Shown here: one piece after another, positions 43,401 to 53,577 of the stretch
How positions within the stretch are numbered: position 1 is the stretch's first letter
Layout: every line of letters starts with the position of its first letter
Assembly (NCBI GenBank): GCA_963707025.1
Contig: CAVPOM010000003.1
Location: 192,001-256,000 of the forward strand
From: an uncultured Verrucomicrobiae bacterium
GTDB taxonomy: Bacteria > Verrucomicrobiota > Verrucomicrobiia > Limisphaerales > Palsa-1400
DNA: 64,000 bases
Reading direction: 5' to 3'
Made by a program: the position numbers and the translations under genes
Notes under the pieces: generated by a model
Database searches by the model: none
Told to the model about the DNA's origin: nothing
Seen by the model: only the letters and a program-made list of their open reading frames with translations

Positions 43401-44153
43401 ACTCCGATGTATTGCGGCGCCTTCAAGGCTTCGTTCACCTACCAGGATGTCAACACCGCCGGGGCGGATGGGTTTGCCTTCTGCCTGCAAAATGATCCCA
43501 GGGGTGTGGCGGCGCTCGGTGAGGGCGGCGGCGACCATGCTTATGGCGGCAATGAGACAGCGAACGCCGACGGCATCACCAACAGCGTCGCCGTCAATTT
43601 CAACATCTACGCGGGCGGCACCGGTTACGCCGGCGGAAATGGCATGGCCATGTCCTTCGATGGGTTGCAGGGTGGCGGCGATCCGCAAGCCGGGGGCTTT
43701 GGCCCCGTTGGTGGTGGTGTCAGCATCCGCAATGGCGATCAGATCAACATCGCCCTCAACTATGATGGCAATACCATGACCGTCACATTGTCGGATCCGA
43801 GCATCCCCGCTACCTATGTCACCAACTATCTGATCGGCCCGGTCTCGGCCTATCTGGGCGGCAATACCGCCCTGATCGGATTCACCGGCGCGACCGGGGG
43901 AGTCGAGTCTCAGCAAAATATCTCCGCGTTCTCCTACACCCCGATCCCGATTATGTCGGCGGGGATGAGCGGCAACAACGCCGTGATCACCTGGCCGACC
44001 GGGATAGGCGGTTATGTGCTGCAATCCTGCGCGACCGTCAATGGAACCTATACGGCGGTGACGACGGGTTCCTTTACCATCGTCAACGGGAATAACCAGT
44101 TGGTTGTGCCGGCGGGCCCAGGCAATACCTTCTACCGGCTGTTCCTTCAATAA
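37407..44153 (+). CDS. Giant secreted multi-LamG + Ig + L-type lectin protein (paralog 3, ~2250 aa); frameshifts at ~40566 and ~43114
   Basis: Three ORFs join by 1-nt indels (WPLNE/AAGNVALNY; KLT/DGPRISGST) guided by the paralogs; ends FYRLFLQ. Confidence 0.8.
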
Positions 44154-44168
44154 AGAACCGGTTTGAAC

Positions 44169-44247
44169 GGGATGCCGGCAACTTCGGCATCCTGGCAAAA
44201 AGAGAATACAGGCAGCGGCTGGGAAGAAATTCCCAGCCGCTGTTTTT
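44169..44247 (+). terminator. Conserved hairpin plus intrinsic terminator
   Basis: cagcggctgggaa-gaaa-ttcccagccgctg-T5. Confidence 0.75.
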
Positions 44248-44301
44248 AAAGGATTTTGTCCGGACAAGAATTCAAACAAAGAGGTGGTGATGCCGTGATG
44301 C

Positions 44302-44355
44302 GGTGTAGTGTCGAGCCTGTGGCTCGAAATCGGCGCATAGCGCCGACTCTGCAAC
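44302..44355. repeat. GTAG-type REP-like double hairpin
   Basis: Inverted homolog of 1025-1077. Confidence 0.65.
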
Positions 44356-44394
44356 ATTCAGTTTAGGCAAGATCAAACAGTAGCAAGAATAGAT

Positions 44395-45885
44395 ATGATG
44401 ACAAAGCGCGGAGTCACAGTTGCAGCGGCCTTGGTGCTGCTGGCCGGGCTGGCGGCGCAGGCCGAAGTCAAGGTGCTGATAGACCACAACGCCGGGGGCG
44501 ATCCCGCCTTCAAGTTCAAAACCGTGCCGGGGCCGGTCAAGGGCGATGCCGCCGAGGGCGCGCCTGGCGCCAGACTCCGGTTCACCATCGTGGACGGCGA
44601 AAGCGACTCCAACGGGAGCAATATCCGGGCGCTCAACGATGGCAGGCTGCCCGAGCAAGATGATGATCCGGGCAACAATTTTTTCTTCGCCGCCGGCAGT
44701 GAAGGCGGCCGGCTCAAGCTGGATCTGGGCAGCGCGATTGAGGTGAAGCAGGTCAACACTTATTCCTGGCACAGCGGCGGCCGCGCCCCGCAGGTCTATA
44801 ATCTCTATGTGGCCGACGGCACGGCGGCCGGTTTTGACGCCGCGCCCAAAAGACCGGCGGACCCGGAAAAGTGCGGCTGGAAACTGCTGGCCAAAGTGGA
44901 CACCCGCCCCCAGTTTCAATTGGCCGGCGGACAATACGGGGTGAGCATCTCCGACGACGCCGGCGCGCTGGGCAAGTATCAGTATTTTCTGTTCGATGTC
45001 TTCAAAACGGAAGACACCGACACCTTCGGCCACACCTTCTACAGCGAGATGGATGTGAGGGCGGTGACCCCGGCCGGAACGGAAAAACCGGCGGGACCGG
45101 AACCGGTGGTGCGGGAGAAGACATTCACCTGGGACCTGGATTACTCGCAAGCGCCGGATGTGAAGGAATGGGCGGAAACGAAATTGAAGCCGGCGGTTGA
45201 CCAGTGGTATCCCGTTTGGGTGGCCTGCCTGGCCAGCGACGGTTTTACCGCGCCGAAACATTTCAAAGTTACCATCAAACCGATGGGCGGCGTGGCGGCC
45301 ACCGGCGGGACGGAGGTGCAGGTGAGCGAGTCCTGGATCAAAGGGCAAACCGCCAGGCCGGGCGATTGGAATGAGGCGATTGGCTCCGTCATCCACGAGT
45401 TGGTCCATGTGGTGCAGCAGTATGGCAGCGACCGGCCCGGCGCCCCCCGCACGCCCGGCTGGATGACCGAGGGGATTGCCGACTACTTTCGCTGGTTCCA
45501 CTATGAGCCGGTGGCGCATAAGCCAGCCATGTCGGCCCGTTCCGCCGCCACGGCCAACTACACGGGCAGCTATAAAATCACGGCGGGTTTCCTGGATTAT
45601 GTGGCCAGAACCCACGATCACGAGTTCGTGACGAAGATAAACGCCGATCTGCGCGAGCACCGCTATAGTCCCGATCTTTGGATGGAATATACGGGAATGA
45701 GCGTCGGGGACCTGTGGAAGGAGTACGTCGCCTCGCTGCCTCCGGGCGCTCCCCGCCGCGGCAGGGGCGGCGCCGCCACGGGCACGAACAACCCGGCCCT
45801 GCCTCAAAATCTCAGAATCATCCCGGGCGACGCGCCGGCGGGCACGAACCTGCCAGCCCCGGCCACCCCGCCGGCGGGAGGCTGA
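44395..45885 (+). CDS. Secreted BSP-family (basic secretory protein) zincin peptidase
   Basis: Signal peptide; IHELVHVVQQY, GWMTEGIADY.R, Y..TAGFL. Confidence 0.8.
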   Translation: MMTKRGVTVAAALVLLAGLAAQAEVKVLIDHNAGGDPAFKFKTVPGPVKGDAAEGAPGARLRFTIVDGESDSNGSNIRALNDGRLPEQDDDPGNNFFFAAGSEGGRLKLDLGSAIEVKQVNTYSWHSGGRAPQVYNLYVADGTAAGFDAAPKRPADPEKCGWKLLAKVDTRPQFQLAGGQYGVSISDDAGALGKYQYFLFDVFKTEDTDTFGHTFYSEMDVRAVTPAGTEKPAGPEPVVREKTFTWDLDYSQAPDVKEWAETKLKPAVDQWYPVWVACLASDGFTAPKHFKVTIKPMGGVAATGGTEVQVSESWIKGQTARPGDWNEAIGSVIHELVHVVQQYGSDRPGAPRTPGWMTEGIADYFRWFHYEPVAHKPAMSARSAATANYTGSYKITAGFLDYVARTHDHEFVTKINADLREHRYSPDLWMEYTGMSVGDLWKEYVASLPPGAPRRGRGGAATGTNNPALPQNLRIIPGDAPAGTNLPAPATPPAGG

Positions 45886-45956
45886 GTCCCGGCGGGCCAG
45901 GACACGCGAACCCTCTTGCGCAAATGAGAACTCCTGCAAACCTCAATATCGCGATT

Positions 45957-46024
45957 GTAGCGGCGGTCTATGACCGCCGGTCTTCAGGTGTATTTGATTT
46001 GCGGCGGTCATAGGCGGCCGCTAC
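45957..46024. repeat. Inverted REP doublet (GTAGCGGCGGTCTATGACCGCCG)
   Basis: GTAG plus hairpin, with an inverted second copy at 46002-46024. Confidence 0.7.
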
Positions 46025-46090
46025 GGCAGATCTGCCGACGCCTCATATTTTTTCATCGAAAATCTTAATTGCGGGTATGCTCTTAATATT

Positions 46091-48438
46091 ATGAATTCAT
46101 ATCATCGGCGGTCACCCTTCCGCATAGCCCTTGGCCTGTTCGCGGGAATCGCGCCTCTCTCCCCGGTCGGACCGGGCCTTGCCAGCGCGGCGGCAAGCTC
46201 AACGGATCAACCGGCGCTGTCCGGTTATATTCGCCCCATGGTCGGCACCAAGGGGCAGGGGAACACTTTTCCCGGCCCCTCCGCCCCGTTCGGCATGGTC
46301 CAGTTCAGCCCGGACACAGAACGCGATTTATGGGATACCGCCTCGGGGTATCAGTACACCGACACCTCGATCATGGGATTCTCCGTGACGCATCTTTCCG
46401 GGACGGGCATCCCGGATTTGGGGGATTTTCTGTTCATGCCGCAGATTGGCCCGCCCAAGCTGGTGGCCGGGACCAAGGACAACCCGGACGCCGGCTACCG
46501 GGCGCGGTATTCGCACGCTGAAGAATCGGCGGCGGCGGGTTATTACAAGGTCAAATTGCTGAACAACAATGTGACGGTGGAATTGACGGCGGCGGAACGC
46601 GCCGGGATGATGCGCTTCACTTTTCCGCAAAGCGACCGCGCCTCCATCATGACCGACCTGCAGCATTTCCTCAGCGGCAAACGCTTCCGCCTGATCTGGT
46701 CGCATGTGCGGGTGGAGGACCAGGCCACCGTGACCGGTTTTCACCTGGTCAATGGGTGGGGCAAGGAGCGCTATCTCTATTACGCGGCGCGGTATTCCAA
46801 GCCGTTCGACAGCTTTCGCATCATGAGCAACGGCGAGGAAGTCAAATACGACAGCTACAAGTCCTACCGGTTTCGCAGCCGCCGCGAAGCGGCGGGCACG
46901 AACCTGCAGTTTCTGGCCGAATATAATACCAGCCCCGGCCAGGTCATCCAGGTCAAGGTGGCCGTTTCCGCCGTCAGCGCCGCCAACGCGCTGCGGAACC
47001 TGGACTCGGAGATTCCCGGCTGGGATTTCGAAAGGTCCGGCAGCAAACCTGCCAGAAATGGGACCAGGAATTGAGCCGGATCGAAATAGACGGGACGCAG
47101 CAGGAGAAGGAGACCTTCTATACCGCCCTTTATCACGCCTTCCTCGCGCCCAGCCTTTATGAGGATGTGACCGGCGAGTACCGGGGGCAGGACTCGAACA
47201 TCCATCACGCCAGCGGGTTTCAAAATTACACGGTTTTTTCATTGTGGGACACCTTCCGCGCCACCCATCCGCTTTTCGCCCTGATCCAGGCCAAACGGGA
47301 CGGCGACATGATCAATTCCCTGCTGGCGCACTATGACCAAAGCGCGGACCATTTGCTGCCGATGTGGCTGCTGCAGGGCAATGAAACCTGGTGCATGATT
47401 GGCTACCACGCCGTCCCCGTGATCGTGGATGGCTATTTTAAGGGAGTCAAAGGCTTTAATGTCCAGCATGCCTACGAGGCCATCAAAGCCACCGCCATGA
47501 ATCCGGATTATGACGACGTGGCCGGCTACGCCAAACTCGGCTGGGTGCCCTACGACCAGGAGGTGGAGTCGGTGTCCAAAACGCTCGAATATGCCTACGA
47601 CGACTGGTGTGTGGCGCGCCTGGCCAAGGCGCTGGGCAAAAAGGACGACGCCGATTACTTCAGCAAACGGGCGGAGAGTTTCAAGAATCTCTATGACCCG
47701 TCCCTTGGGGTCATGCGGTCCAAGGATTCGCAGGGGCGCTGGCGGGTGCCCTTCGACCCCCACTTTTATGACGATGACTCCCGCAGCAATGACATCACCG
47801 AAGGCACCGCCGCGCAATACACCTGGTTCGTCCCCCAGGATGTGCCCGGGCTGATCGGGCTGATGGGCGGGCGGGAAAAGTTTATTGACAAGCTGGACGA
47901 ACTGTTCACCTTCACCAACATCAACGCCAAGGGATTGGACGATGTGCAGGGGCGCATCGGCGAATACTGGCACGGCAATGAACCGAGCCACCACGTCATT
48001 TACCTCTACGACTACGCCGGCCAACCCTGGAAAGCGGCCCGCCGCCTCCATGAGGTCGTCCGCACCCAGTACGGAAACCAGCCGGATTCCCTCAGCGGCA
48101 ATGATGACTGCGGGCAAATGTCGGCCTGGTACCTGTTCACCGTCATGGGATTTTACCCCGTTTGCCCCGGCAGCGATTATTACGCCATCGGCAGCCCTTC
48201 CTTTAAAAAATCGGTCCTGCATCTGTCCAATGGAAAAAAATTCACGACCACCGCGGAAAATCTTTCCGCTGAAAACATTTATGTGCAGTCGGCCCGCTTG
48301 AACGGGCGCAACTGGGACAGTCCGTTCCTGCCCTACAGCGAGTTGAAGAACGGCGGCACGCTCAGCCTGAGCATGGGACCGCAGCCCGGCAAGACCTGGG
48401 GAACCGGGGGAATGGAGGGCGCCCCGCCCCCCAATTGA
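46091..48438 (+). CDS. GH92 alpha-mannosidase; frameshift at ~47033
   Basis: GNTFPG...PFGMVQ.SPDT, THLSGTG, FSLWDTFRA.HP, EG...QY.W.VP.D, HGNEPSHH, GNDDCGQMSAW. Confidence 0.9.
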
Positions 48439-48589
48439 TCGTGGGAATGATCTTCGGGGGTTGTTTAATATAGTGGAAATAGTTCTTGTAAAATGGATTC
48501 GCTTGGGGCATATTGAAGTCCTGTGGATGACGGAACAATAAACCGGCCCCGGGCGGGCCGTCCCGGCATGCACAGAAGAAAGGTTTGAA

Positions 48590-49621
48590 ATGAAAGCACT
48601 GGTTAAAAGCAAGGCGGAACCGGGATTATGGCTGGAAGATATTGCCATGCCTGAAATTGGCCTCAACGACGTGTTGATCAAGGTGGATCGCACCGGCATC
48701 TGCGGGACCGACCTCCATATCTACAAATGGGACGCTTGGGCGCGCAAAACCATTCCCGTGCCCATGGCGGTGGGCCACGAGTTTGTGGGCGAGATCGTGG
48801 AAGTCGGTTCCAACGTGAAAGACTTTTTCCCCGGTGATCTGGTCAGCGGCGAGGGCCATGTCGTCTGCGGGCGGTGCCGCAATTGTCTGGCGGGCCGGCG
48901 CCACCTTTGCGCGGACACCAAGGGCATCGGGGTCAACCGTCCCGGAGCCTTCGCCGAATACCTGGCCTTGCCCATGACCAATGTCTGGCACCACCACCCG
49001 GACATGGACCGGGACATGGCGGCGATTTTCGATCCCTTCGGCAACGCCGTGCATACCGCCCTGTCCTTCCCCGTGCTTGGGGAAGACGTTCTCATCACCG
49101 GCGCCGGCCCCATCGGCATCATGGCGGCAGCCGTCGTCCGCCATGCCGGCGCCCGCTTTGTCGTCATCACCGACCTCAATCCCTACCGGCTGGAGCTGGC
49201 CCGCAAGATGGGAGTGACGATGGCAGTGGACGTTCGCGAAATGGAACTGGGCAAGGTGCGCAAAAAGCTGGGCATGGCCGAGGGTTTTGATGTCGGCCTG
49301 GAAATGTCCGGCAACGCCTCCGCCTTCCGCGGCATGGTCGCCAACATGAGCCACGGCGGCAAGATCGCCATGCTCGGCATTCCGGATGGCGAAATGCCCA
49401 TTGATTGGAACACGGTCGTCTTCAGCATGCTCACCATCAAGGGTATTTACGGACGCGAAATGTACGAAACCTGGTACAAGATGACGGTGATGCTGCAAAG
49501 CGGCCTGAACATCAGCCCGGTCATCACCCACCGCTTTGACCACACCGAATTCCAAAAGGGCTTCGACGTCATGCTCTCCGGCCAATCGGGCAAGGTGATC
49601 CTGGATTGGAAGACCGCTTGA
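48590..49621 (+). CDS. tdh: L-threonine 3-dehydrogenase
   Basis: [37 protein letters not shown]. Confidence 0.97.
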   Translation: MKALVKSKAEPGLWLEDIAMPEIGLNDVLIKVDRTGICGTDLHIYKWDAWARKTIPVPMAVGHEFVGEIVEVGSNVKDFFPGDLVSGEGHVVCGRCRNCLAGRRHLCADTKGIGVNRPGAFAEYLALPMTNVWHHHPDMDRDMAAIFDPFGNAVHTALSFPVLGEDVLITGAGPIGIMAAAVVRHAGARFVVITDLNPYRLELARKMGVTMAVDVREMELGKVRKKLGMAEGFDVGLEMSGNASAFRGMVANMSHGGKIAMLGIPDGEMPIDWNTVVFSMLTIKGIYGREMYETWYKMTVMLQSGLNISPVITHRFDHTEFQKGFDVMLSGQSGKVILDWKTA

Positions 49622-49641
49622 GCGGAGAAGCGCCCAACGCC

Positions 49642-50826
49642 ATGTCCGGCTTGATCCCAGAGCATCTGCAAAAGCAACTGGCTGAAATCCGGGCCGGCGG
49701 CTTGTTCAAGTCCGAACGGATCATCACGACCCGGCAAGGCGCGCGGGTGCGGGTGCAGGACGCGCCGCCGGTGTTGAACCTGTGCGCCAACAATTATCTC
49801 GGCCTGGCCGGCCATCCCCTCGTCATCCAGGCCGCGCACGACGGTTTGGATCAATGGGGCTACGGCCTGGCTTCCGTGCGCTTCATCTGCGGCACCCAGG
49901 CCCCCCACAAGCTGCTGGAGGCGCGTCTGAGCGAATTCCTTGGCACGGAGGACACCATCCTTTACAGCTCCTGCTTTGACGCCAACGGCGGGGTCTTTGA
50001 AACGCTCCTCGGGGCCGAGGACGCCATCATCTCCGATGAATTGAACCATGCCAGCATTATTGACGGAGTGCGTTTGTGCAAAGCGCAACGGTTCCGCTAC
50101 AAGAACAATGACATGGCCGATCTGGAAGCCAGGCTGCGCGAGACCCAATCCGCCCGCTGCCGCATGATCGCCACCGACGGCGTTTTTTCCATGGACGGTT
50201 ATATCGCCAATCTCCCGGCCATCTGTGATCTGGCGGCCAAGTATTCGGCGCTGGTCATGGTGGATGATTCGCACGCCGTTGGTTTCATGGGCAAACGCGG
50301 CCGCGGCACCCACGAATATCATGGCGTGATGGGCCGGGTGGACATCCTCACCGGCACCATGGGCAAGGCGCTGGGCGGGGCCAGCGGCGGTTATATCAGC
50401 GGGCCAAAGGAGATCATCGCCTTGTTGCGCCAGCGCTCGCGTCCCTACCTGTTTTCCAACACCGTCGCCCCCGCCATCGTGGCCGGTTCCATCAAGGCTC
50501 TGGAAATCCTTTCCGCCGCCACGGAACTGCGCGACAAATTGGAAGCCAACACCCGCTTTTTCCGCCAGGAATTGTCCAAACAAGGATTCAACATCCTGCC
50601 GGGGGAACATCCCATCGTGCCCCTCATGCTGGGCGATGCCGTCCTGGCCGCGCGATTCGCCGAGGCCCTCCTGGCCAAGGGCGTCTATGTCATCGCCTTT
50701 TCCTATCCCGTCGTCCCGCAAGGCAAGGCCCGCATCCGCATCCAGATTTCCGCCGCCCACAGCCGTGAAGACCTGGAATTCGCCCTGGCCAAGCTGAAGG
50801 AAGCCAAGCAGGAATTGGGAATCTAA
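49642..50826 (+). CDS. kbl: Glycine C-acetyltransferase (2-amino-3-ketobutyrate CoA ligase)
   Basis: [54 protein letters not shown]; adjacent to tdh. Confidence 0.97.
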   Translation: MSGLIPEHLQKQLAEIRAGGLFKSERIITTRQGARVRVQDAPPVLNLCANNYLGLAGHPLVIQAAHDGLDQWGYGLASVRFICGTQAPHKLLEARLSEFLGTEDTILYSSCFDANGGVFETLLGAEDAIISDELNHASIIDGVRLCKAQRFRYKNNDMADLEARLRETQSARCRMIATDGVFSMDGYIANLPAICDLAAKYSALVMVDDSHAVGFMGKRGRGTHEYHGVMGRVDILTGTMGKALGGASGGYISGPKEIIALLRQRSRPYLFSNTVAPAIVAGSIKALEILSAATELRDKLEANTRFFRQELSKQGFNILPGEHPIVPLMLGDAVLAARFAEALLAKGVYVIAFSYPVVPQGKARIRIQISAAHSREDLEFALAKLKEAKQELGI

Positions 50827-53577
50827 CCCGCCTCGACTCCAAATTCAGCGGTTGAACTTCAGCCGGAGAGAACTCAGCGCGGCCAGCCGCCACCGAATCC
50901 GGAATCGCCCGCAGAGGCACGCAGATGGACGCAGATGCGGAAATAAGAACACCTCAGCAAAAGCAGTGGGGCCGCAGACGCCGGCCGCATCTTGTGAGCG
51001 GCCTTTGCCAACGAAGGCCGCGAATTTGTCAGCTTGCCGGTAAAAACACATTCTGGTAACGTCGCGCAAATGCCAACCGGTTTTGACCAAGCGTTCAGCC
51101 AGGTAAAGGATTTGGTTGCCGATTTCAAAGCCAACGAAACCTTTTACCTTTCGCCGCAATTCTCCGAGGCACAGACGCGCAAGGATTTCATTGATAAATT
51201 GTTCATCGCGCTCGGCTGGGATGTGAACCACGACACGCAGAAGAACCCCTACGAGCAGGAAGTCAAAATTGAGAAAAACGAATCCGGTTCGCCAGGCCGG
51301 GCGGACTACGCCTTTTACCTGTCGCCGAATTTTCACGCCGCCCGGTTTTTGGTCGAGGCCAAGAAACCGCACGGCGAATTCGGTTCCACCGAGAATTATT
51401 TTCAGGCGCTTCGTTACGGCTGGAACAACAAGACTCCCCTGGTCGTTTTGACCAATTTCGACGAGCTTCATATTCTCGACAGCCGTTACAAACCGCATAT
51501 CGGCGACACCTTGAGCCGCGTCGTCAAAAAATTCAGCCATTCCGATTATATTGATTCCGAAAAGTTCGCGGAAATTTACTGGCTCTTTTCCCGCGAAGCC
51601 GTCGCCAGTAATTCTCTGGCCAAGCGGGCGGAAGAACTGCCCAAGCCGAAAAGCAAAACCTTCCGGCGCGAACTGTTCAAAGTTGGCGAGCAAAGTCCCG
51701 ATGAAGCTTTCCTCATCGTGTTGGACGGTTATCGCGAAATGCTGGCCAAGGCACTCAAGTCAAAGAATCCAAATCTCCACAGCGCCCAGCTTACAGAGAT
51801 CACGCAACGAATCATTGACCGCCTGGTGTTCATCCGCTTTCTCGAAGACAAGCAGATTGAGCCGACCCGCCATATAGAACGGTTCGGCGCGGACGGCGGC
51901 AGCGCCTGGGAAGATTTCCTGCGCGTCTCGGTCAACTTGGATCGCATTTATAACGGGGTCGTTTTCAAACGGCACGAAATTCTCGACGCGCCGGGTTTTC
52001 AAATTGACGAAAAGCCGTTCCGCATCATTTGCGAAGAGCTGGCCGATCCTACCTCGCCATACAATTTCGCCAACATCCCGATCCACATTCTCGGGAGCAT
52101 TTACGAACGCTTCCTCGGCAAAATCATCACCGACGGCGCGCGGGTGGTGGAAAAGCCGGATGTCCGCAAGGCCGGCGGCGTTTATTACACGCCCGAGTAC
52201 ATCGTCCGCTACATCGTCGCCAACACCGTGGGCAAGGCCATCGCAGGCAAAACGCCCGCCGAAATCGCCGGACTGCGGTTTGCCGACATCGCTTGTGGCA
52301 GCGGCTCATTTCTGATTGAAGTTTTCGATCTGCTCGTGCGCTATCACGCGAAGGTTTACAACGAGAATCCGGGCAAAGTGAAAAAGGGCGATTGCGTCCA
52401 GCGCGATGACGGCCTGCATCTCTCGCTGAAAAAGAAGCAGGAAATCTTGCGGAACAATATTTACGGTGTGGACATTGACCGGCAGGCCGTCGAAGTGGCC
52501 CAGCTTTCGCTCTACCTGAAATTGTTGGACGACGAAACCATCGGCTCGGCCGCCGCGTTTCAAAATGAATTTCACTTCACGCTCCTGCCGCCGCTGACCG
52601 ACAACATCGTTTGCGGCAATTCGCTCATCGGGGCGGACATTTTGGAGACCGGCAAATTCACGCCGGAGGAGGAAAGGAAGCTGAACCCGATGGATTTCGG
52701 GCAACGCTTCCCGAAAATTTTCCGGCGCAAAACTTCCGGCGGCGAACTGCATGACGCGCCCGCGCCCGCTTCCGACTACACAATGCCCGGCGTGCCGCTG
52801 CACGGCGCCTACGCCACAGTGAACTACAAGAAAAAGAAAGGCGAAAAACCTGCGCCACCGCCGGAAATGGAATACGAAGGCGGCTTTGATGCGATTGTGG
52901 GAAATCCGCCGTACGTGCGGATTCAAGGTTTTCCGCAAAATCAAATTGCTTACCTTTCCAAACGCTATCGCAGCGTAAAAGGCAACTGCGACCTCTATGT
53001 GAGTTTTGTCGAGCGCGGTTACGAGTTGCTCAATTCCGAGGGCAAATTTGGCCAGATAGTGCCGAACAAGTTTCTCAAGACCGACTACGGGGAATATTTG
53101 CGCCATCTCATCGCAGCCCACCGGGCATTGAGCGAATTGATAGATTTCGGCGCGAATCAGGTTTTCCAAGCGACCACTTACACTTGTCTGATCTTTCTTT
53201 CGAAAACATCAACGGAAGATTTCCGTTACGCCCAATCCGAAGCAAAGGCGGAAGCTCTTGCCAAACTTGCTTTTATCAGGCAGAGCGCCGCGACATTGGG
53301 TAGCCAGGCTTGGCTTTTTGCAGATCAGCAGATAGCCCATTTAACTGAGATGCTTTCACACGGCACGAAGCGGTTATTGGATTTGCCAGCCAACATGAGT
53401 CGTGGCAGCAGTAGTGGCGATGACGACGTTTTCATGCTCCAAAGTGATGCGACGATTGAAAAGGAATTGCTTCGTATTCCAGTTTTCGCCACGGATTTCA
53501 ACCGGTACACATTCGCTCCTGCGAAGGAGTGGTGGATTATCTTTCCGTATGACTCAAAGGGAGACAACTTTCCATTA

